A DNA stretch of 55,759 nucleotides, counting the filler, from Stramenopiles sp. TOSAG23-2 (Eukaryota), in NCBI GenBank assembly GCA_900128395.1. It is 5 parts of 5 records of this genome, joined end to end, with 100 filler letters (N's around TTAATTAATTAA, not from the genome) between each part and the next. Parts side by side here need not be neighbours in the genome. Positions count along the whole stretch, not along the records: positions 44,717 to 55,759 come from LT649969.1; 4 more parts are not named here. One strand, given 5' to 3'. Position 1 is the stretch's first letter; each line of letters starts with the position of its first letter. The position numbers and the translations under genes are program-made. This document shows, piece after piece, positions 46,554 to 55,759 of the stretch. The notes under the pieces were generated by a model that saw only the letters and a program-made list of their open reading frames with translations, made no database searches and was not told the DNA's origin.

Positions 46554-47519
46554 ATGGGACCTCGGCGTTCTGGTAAAACATCAATCCAACGCGTTGTATT
46601 TTATAAAATGTCACCACATGAAACATTATTTTTAGAGTCAACAAATACACTTGATATTAAATTTATTGCTAATAATGAACTAGTACAATTTCAAGTATGG
46701 GATTTTCCGGGTGATTTTGAATTTAAAGATGAAATTGAATTTAATGGACAAACATTGACGGAATCACAAATATTTGATAATTGCGGTGCGTTAGTATTCG
46801 TAATTGATGCTCAGTTGGACCCGTACGACGAAGCGTTGGCACGGTTACACGATGCAGTCGTTTGTGCCCACAAATACAATCCAAATATATGTTTTGAAGT
46901 ATTTATACATAAAGTAGATGGTGAATTGTTCTTATCGGATGAACATCGTATTGAATGTCAACGTGATATTCATGAACAAATATATGGTGAATTGAAAGAT
47001 AGGAAATTAGATATACAACTTGGGTTTCATTTAACTAGTGTATACGATCATTCTATCTTTGAAGCAGTATCAAAAGTAGTACAGAAATTAATACCATTGA
47101 AATTACCAACAGTAGTAAATTTAATGGACAATTTAGTTGCATATTGTAATATTGAAAAAGCATTTTTATTTGACGTAGTTAGTAAAATTTACATTGCAAC
47201 TGATAGTAATCCAGTAGATATGCAAAGCTATGAATTGTGCTCTGATATGATTGATGTAGTGATTGATGTTTCGTGCATATATGGTGTAAGAGAAGATGGC
47301 GATGGATTGGCCTATGATCATAAAAGTAGTAGTGTTATGCAATTAAATAATGGAATGGTATTGTATTTACGTGAAGTATCAAATTATTTAGCATTGGTTT
47401 GTTTATTACGATCAAATAATTTTAAAAACCAAGGTTTAATGGATTACAATGTTGTTTGCTTTAAAAATTCTATTTTGGATGTTTTCAGTAAAAGTGATTT
47501 AAAGCAAGTACAACAATAA
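46554..47519 (+). CDS. RRAGC: Ras-related GTP-binding protein RagC/D (Gtr2)
   Basis: [59 protein letters not shown], roadblock domain [13 protein letters not shown]. The true start is probably upstream of 46554. Confidence 0.95.
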   Translation: MGPRRSGKTSIQRVVFYKMSPHETLFLESTNTLDIKFIANNELVQFQVWDFPGDFEFKDEIEFNGQTLTESQIFDNCGALVFVIDAQLDPYDEALARLHDAVVCAHKYNPNICFEVFIHKVDGELFLSDEHRIECQRDIHEQIYGELKDRKLDIQLGFHLTSVYDHSIFEAVSKVVQKLIPLKLPTVVNLMDNLVAYCNIEKAFLFDVVSKIYIATDSNPVDMQSYELCSDMIDVVIDVSCIYGVREDGDGLAYDHKSSSVMQLNNGMVLYLREVSNYLALVCLLRSNNFKNQGLMDYNVVCFKNSILDVFSKSDLKQVQQ

Positions 47520-47855
47520 AACAAAAAAAATACGACGTATACATATGTTTTTTATTATTTTATTGAGAGAGAATGATGAGGATGTCGATGATGAATAAGA
47601 CCGGTTTTAGTTTTTGTGTGTATTTATCATGCATACAAGTTTTGTAAAATTTCTTCATATCATATCATAAAATATTCTGATATATTTGTTAATTTTGTTT
47701 ATATAAAAATCACATCTCATACAAAATATTATACACGCACACCTCAGGTCATCATGTACACATAAAATAATACGAGCGTACGAAAATGGTGTTCGTATAT
47801 ATATCATATGTACGCTTCGTATATTTATAAATATATTATATATTCCAGTTCTCCA

Positions 47856-48827
47856 TTACTTTGTTTCTTCTACCTTATCAACTTTTCCACTCTTTTTTCT
47901 TTCTAAAATAAACATCTTTTCCGCCCCATCAGCAAATGGTTTTAATGTAATTACTTTTTTAATTGTAAATTTCTTTTCTAAAATATCAAAAAATTCTTCT
48001 GAACAATTACTCCCACGTCTTCCCTCACCACAATAAATGATAACATCACCTTTATACATGTTTAAACATTTAATACCTAAATCAGAATCTTGTGTTAATG
48101 GTGGATAACATAAAAACAATGTATGTTGTTTATACTTTTTTTCTAACAATTGATTTTCATTACCAAATATTACATTATCTGCTTTTTGAACATGAGGCAC
48201 TGGGGATGAATAATTATCAAATGCTACTATGTTTATCTCCTTGCCATATCGCTTTTTCAATTCTTTCGCCCATAATCCTTGTCCAGCACCAAGTTCAATT
48301 ATAGGACTATAACCTTTAATACATTCCAATGCATCATCTGTCCATGCGATACACCCATGTTGTTTTACATATCTTTCTCTATCTTCCACAGTAACGCCTG
48401 AATTACCAAACGTAAATTTCATGGATTCCTTACTAATTTCTTCCCTTAAATCGTTCATACATTGTTCACCAAGTTGCCTAGATGGTAATTGTCTGCAATT
48501 CCATATTCGTCTTTGTGCTTTGGACATATATTCCATCAATTTAATTTGCTTTTCCTCTCGTTTCTTTGTAAGCTTTTGCATTTCACTCCAATTGAAGTGT
48601 GAATAATCCTCAGGTTTTGTGGACCATGAAAACCAAGATGATGCGTATATTGGATTATTATTTATTATACTGTACTTGTTGTAATAATATTTCTTCTTAT
48701 AATTACAAGAATTGAAATCTTTTGTATGATTATTATCATTATTACATGTATCTTCATCCCATATATAACCAGCAACATTTCCAACTACTGTTGCAGCACC
48801 AGTTCCAATAATAATTTTTCTAAACAT
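47856..48827 (-). CDS. Class I SAM-dependent methyltransferase-like protein
   Basis: PIIELGAGQGLWA motif I, IVAFD, LFLCYPP, IIYCGE. Confidence 0.8.
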   Translation of the reverse strand: MFRKIIIGTGAATVVGNVAGYIWDEDTCNNDNNHTKDFNSCNYKKKYYYNKYSIINNNPIYASSWFSWSTKPEDYSHFNWSEMQKLTKKREEKQIKLMEYMSKAQRRIWNCRQLPSRQLGEQCMNDLREEISKESMKFTFGNSGVTVEDRERYVKQHGCIAWTDDALECIKGYSPIIELGAGQGLWAKELKKRYGKEINIVAFDNYSSPVPHVQKADNVIFGNENQLLEKKYKQHTLFLCYPPLTQDSDLGIKCLNMYKGDVIIYCGEGRRGSNCSEEFFDILEKKFTIKKVITLKPFADGAEKMFILERKKSGKVDKVEETK

Positions 48828-49117
48828 TTTGAATTGATTGTTATTGTAATATATGCTATTCTTCTTCTATGTATATATACATACAATTTTTTTGACGTAT
48901 ATATTTTACAATGATTTATATTATTATTTTGATGTAAATCATGCTCCATATCCATCCCCGTTTGTTCTATACGTGTTGTTACAATGTGGTGTTGTTGTTA
49001 GTGCTCCTGATGGGGTGAGTTAGAGTAATAATATAAATTGTTTATTGTTGCACGCGTGAATATAAATAAAGTACATATAGAACAACAAGAGTAAAGAGTA
49101 GAAAGAATAATTATAGA

Positions 49118-50143
49118 ATGATGTTATTATCCTATTTAACACGACGTGCACATGCATCCATTCCATCATTTCGACATGTAAGATATGCATCATCATCTTC
49201 TATACAATCATCCAGCAACAATAGTAATAATTATAGAAATGATGAAATGGTTTCTAAATTTATGTCAAGTTATTCAATTGAAGTGACACCAAATGCAGCA
49301 AAGAAAATCAAAGATTTCGCAAATATCGAATTACTAAAACCAAACACAACCGTGAATGTTACATATTTAGTTGGCGCAGATATAGATGAATCTGTTCGCA
49401 TCTGCAAACGTTTAGCAGATGCAAATATGAATCCTGTTGCACATGTACCATCACGTGCATTTGCATCTTTAATTGATGTAGAAGATTATTTAGTTCAATT
49501 AAAAGATGTTGGTGTAAAGGAATTATTAATACTTGGTGGTGGGGCTGATGTACCAAAAGGAGAATTGCATGAATCAATGCAAATATTAGAGTCTGGATTA
49601 ATACAAAAATATGAATTTAGTAAAATAGGCGTAGCTGCACATCCAGAGGGACATCCAGATATCAACCCAAACGATTTACAAAAAGCTATATTACAAAAAG
49701 CAGAATGGGCATATGTCAATTCAATGCCATTATATTATGAAACACAATTTTGCTTTGAATCTAAACCAATTTTAGATTGGGAAATACAAACACGACAAGA
49801 AATTATACAACATTTGACAAATAATATTAATGGTTTTAATTTAAATGATAATGCGAAGAAAATGAAATTGCCATCAGTACAATTAGGTATTGCTGGTCCG
49901 GCAACAATATCAAATTTAATTAAATTTGGTGCAATGTCTGGTGTTGGTAATAGTTTGAATTTTTTAACTAAATATAGTGGAAATGTTTTTAAACTTGCTA
50001 CAAAACATGAACCAACTGATTTAATATTAGATGTTGCAAAACATTATTTTAATGAAGATGGAAATAGTTTGATTGATGGCTTGCATTTTTATCCATTTGG
50101 TGGTTTTAAATCAACATTGAAATGGGTACATCAACACATATAA
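49118..50143 (+). CDS. Methylenetetrahydrofolate reductase-like protein (short bacterial MetF type) with mitochondrial-like presequence
   Basis: SIEVTP, PVAHVPSR, IGVAAHPEGHP, TQFCFE, GIAGPA..L.KFG..SGVGNS, LHFYPFGG; R/S-rich, acid-free N-terminus. Confidence 0.88.
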   Translation: MMLLSYLTRRAHASIPSFRHVRYASSSSIQSSSNNSNNYRNDEMVSKFMSSYSIEVTPNAAKKIKDFANIELLKPNTTVNVTYLVGADIDESVRICKRLADANMNPVAHVPSRAFASLIDVEDYLVQLKDVGVKELLILGGGADVPKGELHESMQILESGLIQKYEFSKIGVAAHPEGHPDINPNDLQKAILQKAEWAYVNSMPLYYETQFCFESKPILDWEIQTRQEIIQHLTNNINGFNLNDNAKKMKLPSVQLGIAGPATISNLIKFGAMSGVGNSLNFLTKYSGNVFKLATKHEPTDLILDVAKHYFNEDGNSLIDGLHFYPFGGFKSTLKWVHQHI

Positions 50144-50419
50144 TTTGATTGCGAGATGTTTGACAACATATTTTTATTTGACGATCTCGTCAATATTTTT
50201 AAATTTTTTTTATCATTTTTAATATACTCGGTACGAAGTGTATTACATTTTTTTTTTTTTTTCCGTATATATATATATATATGTCGTGTATTGTATTAAT
50301 AATTTAACACGTTATATATATACAAGGATATACGAACTGTGTATTTATACGCTTCGTATATACCGTGTTACACATATCATATTACACGTACGTAAGTATT
50401 TTTGAAAATAATATATTTT

Positions 50420-52255
50420 TTACATCACTGTAAATGAATCAATTGGTACACCTGTTTTATCTTGTGCTATAAATTGAAGTTTCATATTTCTTACTTTCTT
50501 CTTTCTATTCTCATTTATATTACCATTGTTACCACTGTTAATATCATCATCATTTTTTACATCATCATGTATCCAGCCATTTAACAATATACCTTTTTTA
50601 TTTTTAACAATTTGATTATTAGTATTACTATTTTTTTTCTCCGTTCCAATTACTTTTAATTTCAATACATGATGCTTTCCAATAGTAACTTTGTAAAATT
50701 TATAATTTGCAACACGATAATTATCGATATCTTCTAATTCAGCACCTGCACCACCAGATATTATATATGTTACATCATTTTTACGGCCACGTTGATATAC
50801 ATGTGAATGTCCACTAATAACAACATCAACTTTATACTGTTCAAATAATGGCACCCATTTTTCTCGTACATGTTTTCCCATATTTTTTTCATTTTTATTA
50901 AACCATGCATTTGGTTCCCAGTATTCTATAAATGGTGCTATGTGGCATAGAATAATTCGATATTCAGCATCTTTAAATTTATTAGATTGAAATTCATTTA
51001 ACATAAAATCTCTTTGTTTACTATCATCAATATTGCTATTTAAAACAACAAAACGAATGGCATTGCCTATGGAAAGGCTATAATATGTATGATCATATCG
51101 TTTCTTTCTCAAATTGCCATTATTATTATTAATATTGAAAAATCTTGAGGGTATAACATCATGATTCCCTTGCGTTAATAATAAAGGTATTTGATGTGTA
51201 AATGGTAAACGTTGTAAGGGTGAGAAAAAATAAGAATGCCATTCCCGTTTAATATATGCATCTTGCACTGCATCACCTAAATGTATTAAAAGATTTGGAT
51301 GTGAAGCTTGATCATAATCATTTTCATTAGCAGATTGTAATAATCTTTCGAAAGTAACTGCACCAGCTTGATTATCTCCAAAGATGAGAAAGGAATAAAG
51401 CAATTGTTTTTTCATCTTTCTTTTTTTTGTATTTTTTAAATATGCATTTTTAATATCATTATCATTACTATTTCTTAATGTTAATGATGATGGTGGTACA
51501 TGAAATTTCTTACCTGTAATAGCTGGACTGTTTTGAAAACGTTCATTCGTATTTTTATTTATCATATTCATACCATATATGTAATCATCACCAGGTGGTA
51601 AATTAGAATTTAAAGTTATTATATGCGAACGGTGTGTTGAAGTTAATTCATTGGTACCTATATGATTACAATATGACGAAGACGACGAAAATGATATTGA
51701 GGATGAAGTTGTTGACAAAAAATTGGTAGAAGATGATGTTGTAGAATTGATATTGCAGCATTGATGTATTTTATTCTTTTTGCTAAAAAAGCAAAATTCT
51801 GTCCATCCATTATCTGCTTGTTTACTACAACCAGATGTCTCCCAAAAAAACGACAATTGATTATTATTACCAATAGTTAAAAATGGTTTTGTATATAATC
51901 TACAATATGCAACTGATATTAATGGCACATCTTGAAACAATGTTTCGAACGAGACATAGTTAAGATATTCCATCCATAAGTCTATATACGAATGTAATGC
52001 ATAAACGCCTTGGTTTGTAAAAATAACTTCATACAAAAAATCTGAAAAGTTCACAAAAATATTTGTAGTAAATATTTGATGAAATAAATTTGATTGAAAT
52101 ATATACAAATATAATGTAATAATTAAACATCCAAATGTATACCAAGACAATATAATTTGTTTACATATCTTTTTCCACTTGAATTTCTTTCTTTTACGAC
52201 GACGGCGAGATCCAACATATGGTTGTTGTTGTTGGATTTGTTCATACCTCGGCAT
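50420..52255 (-). CDS. Calcineurin-like (purple acid phosphatase-type) metallophosphoesterase, membrane-anchored
   Basis: FGDNQ, HLGDAV, QGNHD, CHIAP, SGHSHVYQR, ISGGAG; N-terminal basic patch plus TM; start MPRYEQ at 52255. Confidence 0.9.
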   Translation of the reverse strand: MPRYEQIQQQQPYVGSRRRRKRKKFKWKKICKQIILSWYTFGCLIITLYLYIFQSNLFHQIFTTNIFVNFSDFLYEVIFTNQGVYALHSYIDLWMEYLNYVSFETLFQDVPLISVAYCRLYTKPFLTIGNNNQLSFFWETSGCSKQADNGWTEFCFFSKKNKIHQCCNINSTTSSSTNFLSTTSSSISFSSSSSYCNHIGTNELTSTHRSHIITLNSNLPPGDDYIYGMNMINKNTNERFQNSPAITGKKFHVPPSSLTLRNSNDNDIKNAYLKNTKKRKMKKQLLYSFLIFGDNQAGAVTFERLLQSANENDYDQASHPNLLIHLGDAVQDAYIKREWHSYFFSPLQRLPFTHQIPLLLTQGNHDVIPSRFFNINNNNGNLRKKRYDHTYYSLSIGNAIRFVVLNSNIDDSKQRDFMLNEFQSNKFKDAEYRIILCHIAPFIEYWEPNAWFNKNEKNMGKHVREKWVPLFEQYKVDVVISGHSHVYQRGRKNDVTYIISGGAGAELEDIDNYRVANYKFYKVTIGKHHVLKLKVIGTEKKNSNTNNQIVKNKKGILLNGWIHDDVKNDDDINSGNNGNINENRKKKVRNMKLQFIAQDKTGVPIDSFTVM

Positions 52256-52649
52256 TGTGTATGTAATAAAATAAATCAAAAGACTAAAATGAAATGATAT
52301 ATACTTTATAATGTTTACATATATATATATATATATATAGTATATTATACTTTCACCTTCTTATTCAAATGTATTTAATAATTTAATTCACAAATTCAAA
52401 TTTATCATTTTTACCCCTTCTTCCTATAATATATATACCTTTAACTTCTCGTCATCATCTCCGTCTAATATAAATCATAATGAAATTCAATAGAAAATAC
52501 ATATGTACAAAAGGTCAATAGACTGTATAAATCAATTGAATATCGTAAAAAGTTTAAATCTTTCTCACCACACCCACCCATTTATATAGTCACACACACA
52601 CACACACACACACTCTCTCTCTAATATATTAATTTAAAATATAATCATC

Positions 52650-52932
52650 ATGGCAAGTGCAACAAATTTATTATTAGGATTTTCTGGAATATTACTTGGT
52701 AATGTCAAAGATGTGGAAGCTAAAATATTATTACCTTGAAATCTTTAAAAAACAACAAAATCTGCAATTTTCTTAGTAATCTATTATAATAGCTGAATTT
52801 AATAGTAAGAATAATATTGATGAAAATGAAGGATATGGAGGCCGAGTGAGTAATTCGTATTTTCCACCTAGATGTTATTATAATGGTTATACTGGTCATG
52901 GTAATGGATCACACGTTATTGTTGGTATAGTT
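52650..52932 (+). pseudogene. Frameshifted ORF remnant
   Basis: MASATNLLLGFSGILLGNVKDVEAKILLP* continues in shifted frames (IIAEFNSKNNIDENEGYGGRVSNSYFPPRCYYNGYTGHGNGSHVIVGIV). Confidence 0.4.
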
Positions 52933-54172
52933 AGAGGCCGAAGGAGTGGGGGGGGCGTCTCCGTGGGTTCGTCGTGGGCTCCACCTCGCTACCGAATGCA
53001 TCAATCTTCTGAGTCCATAAGCATTTCGTAATTTTGATTCACTCTTCTCTCTTCTCTACAACTTTGATTTATTATTCATATTATCTTCTTTTGGCCAAAA
53101 TGCAATAGTTCTAATTTCAACACTTTCTCGACTTGGGTAATTACTTGGTGCATTTGGCAAATCAAAACCAGCATGTGCACTTGGAACTCCACCAAATTTG
53201 GAATCATAACATTTTAACAATATACATTCATCATTCATTAAATCACTGACATAACACCATTTATGGTTTGGATTGTATTTAGCAACACTAATACCACCTT
53301 CACGATCAGGATATACAAATTTCAAATCAGCAAAATCATTTGGTGCAAATGATTCTTTATCGCATACAGCTAATGAATTGTCTTTCACTGGATGGGCACC
53401 AATGGAACGCCATACATTGATAAACGCTACACGATGAGTGTCTAATAAATATTTTGCTTCTTCCATATTTAACAATGGTTCTTTAACGGTATTTGCTGTA
53501 ATATCAGCATCAATTGGTGCTGCCAACTGTAAAACACGATTTCGTGCACTTATTGGAGTATAATCATTATGACATAAACCTACAGGATTTTGAATTGGTG
53601 CCCCACCTTTTAATAATTCACCTGCAGCTTTTTTGTTTCTTAAAACATGGTCAAATACTAAAACTTTTGCAGCACCAGTTCGTTCCTTTACAAGCTCTCC
53701 ACATGCCGGGTAATATTCATTCATAACAATTTCATTATCATAATAATCCATAGTTGATAAAGATGATTTATTTTTAACATACATAAAACCATGATTATCT
53801 AAAGCATCTGTTGTTGTCCATTTAGATATCTCTGGTCGAACATCTCGTACTTTCATAACGCGCGGGTCTTTGTTCTCCGGTAAAAATGGATTAAAAACTT
53901 CACCATGTTCTTCAATAGGTGGTTTTAATCCTTTGTCCTCAAATCTGAGATATAACACCATTTGTTTATTATTATTTGGTGTATAATTTAAAGTAGCATT
54001 GACGAATGTTCCAGAATTTGCCATGTTTACGAATATATATATATCTAAATATATGTGCACGTGAACTTACTATTTATAAATGTAATGTTTCTAATATATA
54101 TTGTGTACTACAACATGATGCCATTGTCTTCATCGGTAAGTATCCATATAATGTTTGTTTTTTTTATAGTTG
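52722..54172. repeat. 1.45-kb direct duplicate of 44717-46168
   Basis: Offset 8004 bp; identical ORF translations; the only difference noticed is one A in a homopolymer. Confidence 0.95.
53056..54024 (-). CDS. CmcJ/NvfI/AsaB-like oxidoreductase, copy 2 (identical protein)
   Basis: Translation identical to 45052-46020. Confidence 0.85.
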   Translation of the reverse strand: MANSGTFVNATLNYTPNNNKQMVLYLRFEDKGLKPPIEEHGEVFNPFLPENKDPRVMKVRDVRPEISKWTTTDALDNHGFMYVKNKSSLSTMDYYDNEIVMNEYYPACGELVKERTGAAKVLVFDHVLRNKKAAGELLKGGAPIQNPVGLCHNDYTPISARNRVLQLAAPIDADITANTVKEPLLNMEEAKYLLDTHRVAFINVWRSIGAHPVKDNSLAVCDKESFAPNDFADLKFVYPDREGGISVAKYNPNHKWCYVSDLMNDECILLKCYDSKFGGVPSAHAGFDLPNAPSNYPSRESVEIRTIAFWPKEDNMNNKSKL

Positions 54173-54484
54173 TTTTAGTTGTTTTAGTTTTACTTCTATA
54201 TAAAAGAAGTTCGATGATGATGTCGGGAGAAGATGGTGATGTGATTAGACGGAGATTTTGTACTACACATAGTCTAAAAATTACAATATTGTCTATATAT
54301 AGTTGCTGTAAAAAAATGTTGGTAGTAAAAAATGGAATAAATACATAGCTCATTGACCCAACCTGGCCAATCCAAAACAACAACAACACAAGGCCTGGGC
54401 AAGCACGAGATATATACCAAAAAAAATATATGTTTCAACACGTCTATCTCCGTTGTTGTTCACATTCTTTATTATATATAAGAC

Positions 54485-55759
54485 TTACAATTTACTTGTT
54501 GAAATATTATTATTAATGATTTGTATAATTGGCAATTCAATATTTTGTAAGCCTTTCCTTGTATGCAAAATTTTATCAGGATGGTATAAACGTATTGATA
54601 ATGAATTATATGGGCGTCCATCTTTTGCAGGACCTGATGGTAATATTTCATCTTCACTAGTCACTAAACCAGATGCAATTGCTTCTTCACTTGATTTACT
54701 AGTAAATACAAAACGAAATTTATTTGATGAACTATCTTTATCTGGTGTATATGAATATTTACCTAAATCATTTTTAATTAAAAAATTATCTTGTGCATAA
54801 GCAGTAATTGACCACCATCTTGCAGGAACAGTTTCTTTATCCCATATAACTTCATAATCATTTAAATAATGCATCCTATTGCCATCATCATCAGCATCAG
54901 CAAAATAATAAACAGCTTCATCTTTTGTCAATGCAAACACACCAACTTCCGCTATTAATGCTCTTGTATACATATCTGCATTTGGATCTCCAGCACTTCC
55001 CATAGCCCACCAAGATGGTGATTTGGTTGAACGAACATTGAAAAATGTATCTGTAATTGGAGCAGCGATTTTTTTAAAATAATTTGAAGAGATATAATAT
55101 CCAATGAAACTACCTAATGCAGTTGTAATGAAATTCTTTAAAAATGTTGCATTTCGTTGGTTGCGAAGTAGCAATGTACCAACCAATACAGCTATTGATC
55201 CATACATTGTAGTACTTTGTAATGTTTCTATTCGTTTTTCTTCTTTTCGTGACAATGGTTTGTAAAGGTTTTCCGTTGTAATCAACTTTGCACTATAAAA
55301 ATCTTTATAATATTGTAAATATTTCATTTCCTCATTACGAGGATCTTCTACTAAGACACGGTTGATTCCAAAACCAAGTGTAGATGGCGATTGTGCAATA
55401 ATTGCATTTGGTTCTGTGATTTTGCTTGGATCATGTTGTGGACCTAATACATAAATGACCACAATATCACCAACATTATATTCTGTATCATTTTTCACAA
55501 AGAAACAATCTGTATTATCTGCAAATAACGATAATGACCAATAACTATCTGGAATTCTGCCTTCCAACCGCAAAGGATATTTTGAAACATCATACCAAAC
55601 TGTTAAATATAATAAGTCAGGAGCTGGACGAACAACAAATCGACTTTTTGATGTGGGTAGTCTACTTTGTCCAAATCCATATTCATTGAAAGAAACTCTT
55701 TTACGTGCTCGTTGTCCATCAAAATATGCATCCATAATTTTGTATGGTCGGTCTTCCAC
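54485..55759 (-). CDS. DUF1254-TM-DUF1214 fusion protein, 5'-partial
   Basis: VVRPAPDLLY...YDVSKYPL...YWSLSLFADNTD (DUF1254-like); YTRALIA..G.FAL...EAVYY...DDDG...PARWWSITAY...IRLYHP (DUF1214-like). Confidence 0.82.
   Translation of the reverse strand: MEDRPYKIMDAYFDGQRARKRVSFNEYGFGQSRLPTSKSRFVVRPAPDLLYLTVWYDVSKYPLRLEGRIPDSYWSLSLFADNTDCFFVKNDTEYNVGDIVVIYVLGPQHDPSKITEPNAIIAQSPSTLGFGINRVLVEDPRNEEMKYLQYYKDFYSAKLITTENLYKPLSRKEEKRIETLQSTTMYGSIAVLVGTLLLRNQRNATFLKNFITTALGSFIGYYISSNYFKKIAAPITDTFFNVRSTKSPSWWAMGSAGDPNADMYTRALIAEVGVFALTKDEAVYYFADADDDGNRMHYLNDYEVIWDKETVPARWWSITAYAQDNFLIKNDLGKYSYTPDKDSSSNKFRFVFTSKSSEEAIASGLVTSEDEILPSGPAKDGRPYNSLSIRLYHPDKILHTRKGLQNIELPIIQIINNNISTSKL

Overview
AT-rich, gene-dense, intron-poor eukaryotic DNA from a flagellated protist. 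Evidence: CFAP221, RagC/D, RabGGTase, PIG-L, EBP2 and GT-AG introns with CTAAC branch points; a stramenopile origin is a plausible inference only. The window is not contiguous. It holds five ~11-kb scaffolds (1-11101, 11202-22289, 22390-33455, 33556-44616, 44717-55759) joined by artificial N44-TTAATTAATTAA-N44 linkers, so no synteny should be read across the linkers. It contains about 25 protein-coding genes, several miniature inverted-repeat elements (two with 9-bp target-site duplications), a probable LTR-retroelement relic and many short tandem duplications. The most interesting unexplained signal is a ~220-nt GC-elevated island at 16781-17004. It folds on the + strand into a contiguous four-armed cloverleaf followed by an Sm-site-like AAUUUUUG, and it sits among copies of a Mutator-like MITE family next to a Nudix gene. 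Several genes look bacterial-like or have unusual architectures: a mitochondrion-targeted MetF-type MTHFR, a DUF1254-DUF1214 fusion, an MRS2-EF-hand fusion, a trypanosomatid-type SCP2-thiolase, a Zn2Cys6 transcription factor and a CaaX-tailed cytochrome b5. All calls are by eye and motif recall; no searches were run.
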